64,000 nt of DNA, taken from NCBI RefSeq assembly GCF_009914755.1, contig NC_060929.1; one strand, given 5' to 3'. This document shows positions 1 to 18,129 of the stretch, one piece after another; positions within the stretch are counted from its first letter, which is position 1, and each line of letters starts with the position of its first letter. The notes under the pieces were generated by a model, which made no database searches, was not told the origin of the DNA, and was given only the letters and a program-made list of their open reading frames with translations. The stretch comes from the human T2T-CHM13v2.0 reference genome, Homo sapiens. A program made the position numbers and the translations under genes.

Positions 1-435
1 TGAAACAGCTAGAAAGTATCAGATTCTGGTCTTCAGTTCTTGCTTCTAATTCTAAGACCAGTGTTTCTCTCCATAGTTAATTTGACTATGATTAAATCCT
101 ATTATTTCAGTTATTTTAGAGGCATAAAACAATAACAATTTGTTACACTCACAGATTCTGTGAATTAATGATACAATCAAGGCACAGCAGTCACCTTGTC
201 TCTCCAGTTCTAGCTTCTGATTCCAAGACCAGTGTATAAGGTGTTATACAAACTTATCTCATTTATATACATATTAAATGCTCTTGTAATTTTATAAGTC
301 TTCTCTGTATTTTAAGTATGAGCTATTCAACGTATCTGATTTCATATTATTCATCTTTGTATCCCTAGAGACTGTTACAATTACTGGTACTGGTTGCTGT
401 CCACTATGTTGATATTTGATATACAAAAACATAGT

Positions 436-1020
436 AACAGCTAACATTTATTGGTGTTTCCTTTGTTTCAGATACTGTGTTAATCACTTTATTAACTTGT
501 TTAATTCTTATCAATATTCTATGAGTTAGACCTGTGATATGGTTTGGCTCTGTGTCCCCACCCAAATCTCACATTGAGTTGTAATAATCTCCACATGTTG
601 ATTGCGACCAGGTGGAAGTAATTGAATCATGGGGTTTCTCGAATGCTGTTGTGGTGATAGTGAATAAGTCTCATGAGATTTGATGGTTTTATAAGCATCA
701 GGCATTTCCCCTGCTTGTGCTCATTCTCTCTCCTGCCGCCCTGTGAAAAGGTGCCTTCCGCCATGATTGTAAGTATCCTGAGGCCTCCCAGCCATGCTGA
801 ACTGTGAGTAATTAAACCTCTTTCTTTTATAAATTATCTAGTCTTGGGTATTTCTTCATAGCAGTGTGAGAATGGACTAATACAGCATGGTACTTATCAT
901 CCCTCTTCTATAGAGGAAGAAACTTGAGCCAAGAAAGGTCAAATAATGTAACCAAAGTTACATAACCAATAAGTAGTAGAGCTTATATTTGAACTCAGAA
1001 CTCATTTAACCATTGTGCTC
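436..1020. mobile_element. MIR SINE fragment split by a THE1 LTR
   Basis: MIR-like 'acagctaacatttattgg...' before 535 continues after 884 as 'tatcatccctcttctatagaggaagaaacttgagccaagaaaggtcaaataatgtaaccaaagttacat...tttgaactcag'. Confidence 0.7.
535..884 (+). mobile_element. THE1 (MaLR) solo LTR, THE1C/D-like
   Basis: Starts TGATATGGTTTGGCTCTGTGTCCCCACCCAAATCTC and ends GCAGTGTGAGAATGGACTAATACA; 350 bp, TG...CA termini, attaaa polyA signal. Confidence 0.9.
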
Positions 1021-1074
1021 CAATGACTTTCAGTATCTGAGTTTATTTTATGACAAGCTAAGTGATAGTAATTA

Positions 1075-1592
1075 ATGCAGTGGTTTCAACACGGCTACAT
1101 ATTTTTGACAGTCCTTCCATGGAAAAGTGTGGGTTTATATCTCCTCCTGTTGAATCTGGAGAGTATAGTAAAATTGATGTTATTTGGCTTCCAAGACTGA
1201 GCCATAAATGGTCATGCAGCTTCCACTTTATCATATGGAAAATCTGCTCATAAAGCTCTGACTGCCATGAAAGTGGTCCAGCAAACTTGAGGATGTCCTG
1301 CTGTGAGAAACCCCAACCCTCCGCAGAAGTCATATGTTGGTAGCTGTGGTTAACAGTCCCAGCTGATACTAGCATTCAAGTGAATCCAGACCCAATATTA
1401 CACATAAATGAAGAATCACTCCTGTCCCAGGTGTTCAAGTCACTCCCAGCCATTCTAGTTTTCCCAATTGAGGGACCAGACATTGTGGACCAGAGAAGTC
1501 ATCCCTGCTGTGCCTTGTCTGTATCATTAATTTACAGAATGTGTGCGTGTAACAAATGGTTATTGTTTTATGCCTCTAAAATAACTGAAATA
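1075..1592 (+). mobile_element. MLT1 (MaLR) LTR, MLT1G/H-like
   Basis: 'tttttgacagtccttccatggaaaagtgtgggtttatatctcctcctgttgaatctgg' and 3' 'aaatggttattgttttatgcctctaaa' resemble MLT1 LTRs. Confidence 0.65.
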
Positions 1593-2299
1593 ATAGGATT
1601 TAGTCATAGTCAAATGAACTCCTCTGTATTCTGAGGCCAACTTACTTTCTGATAGCATATAATAATAATAATAGTCTAGGGCTATTAAGTTGAACCAATC
1701 AAATATGTCATATATTACACATCCCACACTTGAGAGTGCTCTGCATTAGCTGACTGAAGCGTTTAAAGGGGTTGGCCTGTTGGACAGTTCTTTGCTTCCA
1801 GAAAAGCCACCGGAATATGGAATCTCTTGTTTATATTCTGCTGAGCTCAGTGTGTTGTGTGTTTGTTCCTGGCTTCTTGCCCAACAAACCTTGGCAAGCA
1901 TATCACTTGTTTCTTGATTATTTAGCAACCGGGTATGAACTGATGCTGCTGTACTGAGGTTTTATTTTCTACATACTTGGTGTACTGGCCAGTTTCCTTC
2001 ACTGTATAAACCACTTTCTATCCCTACATTTGTCGAGGACTAGCCAGGCCCACAGATATTCAGGAATGACTAATATTAGTTCAAGCTTTCTTCTTGAGCT
2101 GGATACATTTACTTGGTTTGATCTTTATACTATTTTATAAACCAAGGATATCAATTTGTGCCTCTATGTCATGGCAATCACTAATAACTTGGGAGGTTTG
2201 TAAACTCTGGACACACAAAAGCAGTAAAAGACTCTGCTGTCAATGCATATGAGTAACTGCTGTTGTGATGTGTTCTCTGAGCCCAAATTTCTATTCAAG

Positions 2300-2445
2300 C
2301 CATTCATTAATTTATTCATTCATTGAAAAATTATTAATTAACATCCATATATGAAACACTCTGCTAGGGGTTGATAATGCGGCAACAAACAATGCCGATA
2401 TTATCCCAGCTCTTACAGACTCTATAAACTAGTGGGGAAATTTTT
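2300..2445 (-). mobile_element. L2 LINE 3' end fragment
   Basis: (cattcatt)n tail followed by 'acactctgctagggg...atcccagctcttacagactctataaactagtgggga'. Confidence 0.6.
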
Positions 2446-3160
2446 CAGATAAATTACCAGGGAAATGGAAATTGGAATTTGCTCTTCACAAATTTCTGAT
2501 ATGTAAAGATGAATATTGTGCTTTGCATGCAACAGCATATACACATGTCCCCTACCTCTTCATATCTCTTACCTCTTCTTGCCCATATCCAGCAGCAGCA
2601 ATGCTGTTCAATATTTCCTTTTAATAAAATTTAATTTAATTTTTAACTGACACATAATTATGCATATTTATGGAGTGCAGAGTGATGTTTTTATACATGT
2701 TTATAATGTGTAATGATAAAATCAGAGGGACTAGTATACCCATCTCTTCAAACATTCATCATTTCTTTGTGTTGGGAACATTAAAAATCCTCTCTTCTAG
2801 CTATTAGAAAATATACAATAAAGTATTGTTACTAATAGTGATCCTGCAGAGCTATCAAACATTAGAACTAATTCCACCCATCTAGTTACAATTTTGTATT
2901 TATTAACCAATGTCTCACTATCATTCTCTACACCTTACCTTTCCAAGGCTCAAAAAAACTACAATTCTATTGTCTACTTCTGTGAGCTCAAGCTTTTTAG
3001 CTCACACGTACAAGTGAGAACCTGTGGTTTTTTCTTCCTCTGCCTGACTTATTCACCTAAAATGATGTAATCCAGGCTTATCTATGTTGCTGTGAATGAC
3101 AAGATTTTATTCTTTTTATGGCTGAATAGTATTCCATTGTTATAGATACAACATTTTCTT

Positions 3161-5690
<2,530 letters not shown>

Positions 5691-8508
5691 TTACTCACTC
5701 ATCTGTCATTGTAAACTTAGGATGATTTCATAAGTTGGTTATTGTGAATAGTGCCACAATAAACATGGGGGTGTAAATATCTCTTCAATACACTGATTTC
5801 CTTTCTGTTGGATAAATATTCAGCAATAAGATTGCTGGATCATATGGTAGTTATATTTTTAGCTTTTTGAAGAAATGCCACACTGTTTTGTTTTTAACAC
5901 TGGGACACCATGCAGCATTTCTATTTTTTATTTTTTTAGATCCATAAAGTGAAAACTTTCTTTTTTTGTTAAAATTAGATTTTATGTATTTTATTTCATA
6001 TTCTACTCTTTAAAACTTTTATTTTAGCTACAGGAGTATATGTGCATGTTTGTTATATAGGTAAATTGCATTTCACAGGGGTTTGGTATACAGATTATTT
6101 TGCTACCCAGGTAATAAGCATAGTACTTGATAGGCATTTTTTTTTATCCTCACTCTCCTCCCTCACTCCACCTTCAACAGACACCCTGATGTCTCTTGTT
6201 GCCTTCTTTGTGTTCAAATGTATTTAACGTTTAGCTCCTATTTATAAGGTAGAATATGCGGTTTAGGTTTCATGTTCCTTTGTTAGTTCATTTAAGATAA
6301 TGGACTCTAGCTCTGCCCATGTTGCTGCAAAGAATATAATTATGTTCTTTTAAGGTTGCATAGTATTTCACGGTGTATATGTACCACATTTTCTTTATCT
6401 AACCTACCATTGATGGGCAGGAATTTAGGTTGATTTCATGTCTTTGCTGTTGTTAGTAGTGCTATGATGAACATACACGTGCATGTGTGTTTATGGTAGA
6501 ATGGTTTCTATTTCTTTGAATATATACCCAATAATGGGATTGCTGGGTCAAATGGCAATTCTGCTTTGAGTTCCTTGAGAAATCACCAAACTGCTTTCCA
6601 CAGTGGCTGAACTAATTTACATTACCAATGGCAGTGTAAAACTGTTGTCTTTACTATAAAACCTTGAGAACATGTTATTTTTTGACTTTTTAATAATAGC
6701 CATTCTGGTGGTGTGAGATGGTACCTCATGGTGGTTTTGATTTGCATTTCTCTAATGATTAGTGATGTTGAGCATTTTATCACATGTCTGTTTGTTGTGG
6801 GTATGTTTTCTTTTGAAAAGTGTCTGCTTGTGTCCTTTGCTCACTTTTTAATGGGTTTTTTTTTTTTTGCTTTTTGGTATAAGTTTCTTAAAGATTGTGG
6901 ATACTAAACCTTTGCACAGTTCGCAAATATTTTCTCCCATTCTGTAGATTGTCTGTTCACTCTGTTGATTGTGACTTTTGCTGTAGAGAAATGCTGTAGT
7001 TTAATTAGGTTCCATTTGTCAATTTTGTTTTTATTGCAATGGCTTATGGTATCCAGGCTTTACATTTAAGCCTTTAATCTGTCTTGAGTTAATTTTTATA
7101 TGTGGTATAATGCAGGGGTGCAGTTTCAATCTTCTGCATGTAGCTAGCCAGTTATTGCAGCACCATTTATTGAATAGGGAGTTCTTTCCCTTTTGCTTAT
7201 TTTTGTTGATTTTGTTGAAGATCACATGGTTGTAGATGTGCAGCATTATTACTGGGTTCTGTATTCTGTTCCATTAGTCTACATGTCTGTTTTTGTATTT
7301 GTACTATGCTGTTTTGGTTATGGTAGTCTCGTAGTATATTTTAAGTCAGGTAACGTGATGCCTCCAGCTTTGTCTTTTTGTTTAGGATTGTCTTGGCTAT
7401 TCAACCTCATTTTTTGTTCCATCTGAATTTTAAATTAGTGTTTTTTAATGCTGTGAAAAATGTCATTGGTAATTTGATAGAAATAGCATGGAATCTGTAA
7501 ATTTCTTTGGGCAGTATGGCCATTGTTAACAATATGTACTCTTCCCATCCATGAACATGGAATGTTTTTCAATTTGTTTGTGTCATCTCTGATTTCTCTG
7601 AGTAGTGTTTTGTAATTCTCATTGTACAGATCTTTCACCTCTTTGGTTAGCTGTATTCCTAGGTATGTTATTCTTTATGTGGCTACTGTGAAAGGGATTG
7701 CATTCATGACTTGGTTCTCAGCTTGGATGTTATTGGTATATAGAAACGCTACCAATTTTTTACATTAATTCTGTTTCCTGAAACTTTGCTGAAGTTGTTT
7801 ATCAAATCAAGGAGTTATTGGGCAGAGAGTATGGGATTTTCTAAGTATAAAATCATATTGTCTACAAGCAGGGATAGTTTGACTTTCTCTCTTCCTATTT
7901 GGATGTCTTTTATTTATTTCTCTTATCTGATTGCTCTGGCCAGGCCTTCCAGTACTATGTTGAATAGGAGTAGTGAGAGAAGGCATCCTTGTCTTGTCGT
8001 GGTTTTCAAGGGGAATTCTTCTAGCTCTTGCTCATTCACTATGATGTTGGCTGTGCATTTGTCATAGATAGCTCTTATTATTTTGAACTATGTTTCTTCA
8101 ATGCCCAATTTGTTGAAGGTTTTTAACATTAAGGGGTGTCAAAATTTATAGAATGCTTTTTCTGCATTTATTGAGATAATCGTGTTTTTTTTCATTTGTT
8201 TGTGTGATGAATCACATTTATTGATTCATGTATGTTGAATTGACCTTGCATCTCAAGGATAAAGCCTACTTGTTCATGATGGATTAGCTGTATTATATGC
8301 TGCTGTATTTAGTTTTCCAGTATTCTGTTGAGGTTATGTGCATCTATTTTCATCAAGGATATTAGCCTGAAGTTTTCTTTTCTGTACGTGTCTTTGCTAG
8401 GTTTTGATATCAGGATGATGCTGGACTCACAGAATGAGTTAGTAAGAAGTCCCTCCTCCTCTTTAATTTTTGGGAATATTTTCAGAAGGAGTAGTACCAG
8501 CTCCTTTT

Positions 8509-12768
<4,260 letters not shown>

Positions 12769-14575
12769 ACCAGCTCCTTTTTATACATCTGATAACATTT
12801 GGCTATTAATCCATCTCATGCTGGGCTTTTTTTATTGGTCAGCATTTTATTACTGAATGAATTTTGAAAGTCAATATTGGTCTTTGTTCAGGGATTCAAT
12901 TTTTTACTGGTTCAATTTTGGGAGGTTGTATGATTCTAGAAACTTATCCATTTCTTCTAGGTTCTCTAGCTCATGTGCATATAGGTTTTTGTAGTATTCT
13001 CTGAGGGCTGTTTATATTTCTATAGGGCTGGTGGTAACGTCCCCTTTGTCATTTCTGATTGTGTTTACTTGAATCTTCTCTCCTTTTTTTCCTTTTTTAG
13101 TCGTCAGAAGTCTATCTTATTTATTCTTTCAAATAATAGATTTTTGAACTGTTTATCTTTTGTATCTTTTTTGTGACTCAATTTTCTTCAATTCAGCTCT
13201 GATTTTGGTTATTTATTTTCATCTGCTATCTTTGGAATTGGTTTGCTCTTGTTTCTCTAGTTCCTGTAGTTGTGATGTTAGGTTGTTAATTTGAGATCTT
13301 TCTGATGTTTTGATGTGGGCATTTAGCACCATAAACTTCCCTCGTAACACTACTTCAGCTTTGTCCCAGATACTGGTATGTTGTTTCTTTATTCTCATTA
13401 GTTTCTAATAATTTATTGATTTCTGCCATAATTTCATTGTTTACCCAAAGGTCATTCAGAAGCAGGTTGTTTAATTTCCATGTAATTGTATGGTTTTGAG
13501 TGATTTCCTTAGTATTCCTGTTTTTATTGTGCTGTAGTCTGAGAGTGTAGTTGTTAATAATGGCTTTGCTAATTATTAGCACTAACAGAGCTAACCACAG
13601 TTGGTGGTGGGAATGAATCCATCAACAGCGTATAAAAATAGTTTTTTCTCTACATCTTTGCCAGCATTTGTTACTTTTTGTCTTTTTGATAATGGTCATT
13701 TTAACTTAGATGAGATTATATCTCATTTAGTTTTGATTTGCATTTCCCTTATGATTAGTGATGTTGAACATTTTTTCATATACTTTTTGGCCATTTTTTT
13801 TGTCTCTTTTGAGAAATTCTTTGCCTATTTTTACATAGGATTATTTTGTTGTTGTTGTTGAGTTGTTAGAGTTGCTTATAGATTTTGGATATTAATTCTT
13901 GTCATATGTATAGTTTTTTTTCCCATTCTATGAGTTGTCTATTCTATAGATTGTTGACTTTGTTGTGCAGAAGCTTTTTATTTGTAATAATTCAATTTGT
14001 CTATTTTTGTTTTTTTCTGTGCTTTTGAAGTCTTATTCATGAAATCTTTGCCCAGACCAATATCCTAAAGAATTTCCCATACGTTTTCTTCTAGTAGTTA
14101 TATAGTTTCAGTTATTACATCTAAATCTTTAATAAATTTTGATTTGATTTTTGTATATGGTGAGATGGAGAGGTTTAGTTTGATTTTTCCACATGTGGAT
14201 ATCCAGTTTTCCCAGCACCATTTATTAAAGATGCTGTTCTTTTCCCAATGTATATTCTTGTTGCCTTTGTCAAAAATCAGTTTTACTGTAAATACATGGA
14301 TTTATTTCTGTGTTCTCTCTTCTTTTCCATTGTTTGTGTGTCTGTTTTTATGCCAATACCATGCTCCTTTTGTTGATATAGTTTTGTAGTATATTTTGAA
14401 GTCCCAGGTAGAATGATGTTTCCAGATTTGTTCTTTTGCTCAGGATTGCTTTAGTTATATGTGGTCTTTTAGGCTTGTTTTGTCTATTTCTGTGAAAAAT
14501 GTCATTGGCATTTTGACAGAAATTATACTGAATCTGCAGGTCACTTTGAGTAGTGTGATAATTTTAACAATATTA

Positions 14576-14609
14576 TTAAGTCAGTACAATTACTTTTGCA
14601 TTAACCTAA
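14576..14609. mobile_element. Internally deleted MADE1 (Hsmar1 mariner MITE)
   Basis: TA-ttaagtcagtacaattacttttgcattaacctaa-TA. The right part matches the MADE1 TIR; TA target duplication; interrupts L1 sequence. Confidence 0.75.
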
Positions 14610-14989
14610 TAGTTCTTTGAAGTTATAAATGTGGGATGTCTTTTTATTTTTTTTGTCCTCTTCAGTTTCTCATCAGTATTTCATACTTTTATTGCAGAGA
14701 TCTGTCCCTTGTATGATTAAATTTATTCCTAGCTATTTTGTTGTTGTTATAGCTATTATAAATGAGACTTCTTTCTTGATTTCTTTTTCAGCTAGTTTGT
14801 TATTGATATATATAATAGAAATGCTACTGATTTTTGTATGTTGATTTTTGTATCCTACAACTTTACTAAATTTGTTTATTAGTTCTAAGAGTTTTCTTAT
14901 AGTCTTTAGGGGTTTTTTTAATATGTAAGTTTATGTCAACTCCAAAGAGAAACAATTTTACTTTCTTTTTCCAATTTGAATGCACTTTG

Positions 14990-15022
14990 TTTCCTTCCTT
15001 CATTCCTTCCTTCCTTCCTTCC
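14990..15022. repeat. (TTCC)n microsatellite
   Basis: ttccttccttcattccttccttccttccttcc. Confidence 0.85.
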
Positions 15023-15914
15023 TGTCTTTGTCTTTTCACCTAATTGGTCTATCTAGGATTTCCAATACTGTATTGAATAAGAATAGTAGAAATTGCCATC
15101 TTTATCTTGTTCCAGTTGTTAGAGGGAAATCTTTCAGTTTTTCTTTGTTTAGTATGTTGTTAGTTCAGGTTTTGTCATACATGGCCTTTATTGTATTGAA
15201 ATATGTTTCTTCTATACTTAATATTTGAGAGTTTTTAATATGAAGAGATAGTAAATTTTCTAAAATTCTTTGTCTGTTTCCATTGAGGTAATACAATTAT
15301 TTTTGTTATCCATTCTGTAAAACTATCACATTTATTGATTTGCATATGTTGAACTATCCTTACATCCTGGGATAAATTACACTTGATTACTGTGTATAAT
15401 CTTTTTGATGTACTGTTTGATGCCATTTGCTAGTATTTTGTTGAGAATTTTTGCATCTGTGTTCATCAGGAATTTGCCCTATAGTTTTCTTTTTCTGTTT
15501 GTTCTTGTCCGGTTTTGGTATCATGGTAATAGTGGTCTTGTGGAAAGAGTTAGGAAGACTTCTGTCCCCTTCACTTCTTGGAAATAGTTTGAGAAGAACT
15601 GCTGTTAGTTCTTTAAAAGTTTGTTATAACTTAGCACTGAAGTCATCCAGTACTGATATTTTCTTTGTTGGGAGAGTCTTTATCACTGATTCAATATTGT
15701 TATTTGGTATTTGTCATTTCAGGTTTTCTATTTATTACTGGTTTAATCTTGGTAGGTTATATGTGCATGTAAATTTATTCACTTTCTCTAGGATTTTCAA
15801 TTTGTTGTCATTTAGTTGCTCATAATAGTCTGTAATTATCCTTTGTATAACTGCTGTATCAGTTATAGTGTCTCTTTAATGGTTTCTGATTTTGCTTATT
15901 TGGATCTTCTTTCT

Positions 15915-16100
15915 TTTTATTTTTAAAAATTTTTTGAGATGGAGTCTTGCTCTGTTGCCCAGGCTGGAGTGCAGTAGTGGGATCTCAGCTCACTGCAACC
16001 TCCACCTCCTGGGTTCAAGTGATTCTTCTGCCTCAGCAGGATTCACCCACCTCAGCTTCCCAAAGAGCTGGGATTACAGGCATGATCCACCATGCCCAGC
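15915..16100 (-). mobile_element. Alu (S-like) with internal deletion
   Basis: Right arm to 'gcctcagc' is joined to left-arm 'gattcacccacctcagcttcccaaag'; TSD TCTTCTTTCT at 15905-15914 and 16101-16110. Confidence 0.85.
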
Positions 16101-17993
16101 TCTTCTTTCTGTTTTCTAAGTTAGCATAGCAAATAATTTGTCAATTTTGTTTATCTTTTTAAAAAACAGGTTTTTATTTTGTTCATCTTTTGTAAACTTT
16201 TTTGTCTCAATTTTATAGTTCTGCTCTTCATTATTTCTTTCCTTCTACTAGGTTTGCATATGTTCTTCCTTTCCTAGTTCCCTGAGGTTTTTTGATGTAA
16301 GCATTTATTAACTTCCCTTTTAATGCTGCTTTTTTTTTGTATTCCATGGATTTTAGTATGTTTTGTTTTCATTTTCATTTGTCTCAATTTTTAAACCAAT
16401 TTTCTTCTCAATTTCTTCCTTGAGCCCATTGATCATTCAGGAGCATGTTGTTTAACTACCATGTATTTGTGTAGTTTCCAAAGTTCCTCTTGTTATTGAT
16501 TTATAGTTATATTTGTGTGTGGCTTGAACAGATGCTTGATAAGATTTTGATTTTTAAAATTTGTTAAGACTTGTTTTGTGGCCTAACATACAATTTATCC
16601 TGGAAGCTGTTCCATATGCTGATGAGAAGAATGTATCTTTTGCAGTTGTTGAATAAAATGTTCTGTATATATCTGTTAGATCTATTTGGTCTCTACTTCA
16701 GTTTGTGTCCAATTTTTTTGTCCATGTTTTGTCTAGATGATCTGTCCAATGATGACAGTAGAGTGTCTAAGTCCCCAACTATTATTGTACTAGAATCTAT
16801 ATCTCCCTCGACTGCTAATAATATTTGCTTTGTATATCTTTGTACTTCAGTGTTGGGTGTATTTAAAATCGTTATATCCTCCTGCTGAATTTATTATTTT
16901 GTGATTACATAATGATATTCTCTGTCTCCTTTTTATGTTTCTTTGACCTAAACTCTATTTTATCTGATGTAAGTATGGCTACTTCTGCCCAATTTTGGTT
17001 TCCATTTGAATGGAATATATTTTCCATCTCTTCACTTTCAGTCTTTCTGTGCCTTTACGGGTGAAGGAGTTCCATATAGGAGGCATATAGTTGGAACATG
17101 TGTTTGCTTTTACCTTTTTAGCCAGTCTGTATATTTTAATTGGGGAATTTAAACCATTTACATTCAAAGTTGATATTGGGAAGTGTGGACTTCTGCCATT
17201 TTGTCAATTATTTTCTGGTTGTTTTTTGTATCCTTTATTTTTTCTTTCTATTTAATACTTTATGTTTGCATTCTGGTGGTTTGCTGTAGTAATAACTTTT
17301 GATATCTTCTCTTTCTCATTTGTATATCTTCTCTACCAGTGAGTTTTATATTTTCATGTATTTTATATTGGTAGATTTTTTTTTTTGCTTCCAAATGTAG
17401 AGCTCCATTAAGTATTTTGTGTAGAACTGATCTAGTTGTGATGAGTTCCCTCCGTTTTTGCTTGTCTAGGAAATACTTTATTTCTCCTTCATTTCTGAAA
17501 GATAGCTTTGCTGGTTATAGTCTTCTTGCCTGGCAGGGTTTTATTTACGTTTAGCACTTTGAATATATTTTCTTCTTCTCTCCTAGTCTTTAAGGATTCT
17601 GCTGAGAAATATGCTGTTAGTCTAATGTGGTTGCCCTTAGATGTGACCTGCCACTTTTCTCTTGCTGTTTTTAGAATTTTCTGTCTTTGACTTTTAACAA
17701 CTTAACTATAATGTGCCTTCAAGAGGCTTTTTTTTTTTTTGTATTGAATGTATTTGGACATCCTTGGAGTTTTATAGATTTCATAGATTATAGATTTCCA
17801 TATCTCTCTGAAAACTTGAAATGTTTTCAGCTATTATCTCATTAAATAGGTTTTCTATGCCTTTTCCCATCTCTTCCTCATCTGAAACTCTCACAATACA
17901 AATATTTTTTCATTTAATGGTATCCTATATATCCCATAGGCATCCTTCATTCTTTTTATTTTTATTCTTCTTTTTTTGTTTCCAACTGGGTTA

Positions 17994-18129
17994 TTTCAAA
18001 AGATCTGTCTTCAATTTCAAATGTTTTTTTTTATTCTAGAGCTAGTGTATTGTTGAAACTTTCAAAAGGTCTGTCTTCGATCTCAAATTTTTTTTTATTC
18101 TAGAGCTAGTCTATTGTTGAAACTTTCAA
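17994..18129. repeat. ~66-bp tandem duplication in L1 ORF1 region
   Basis: tttcaaaagatctgtcttc...ctagagctagtgtattgttgaaac occurs twice, bounded by TTTCAA. Confidence 0.85.
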
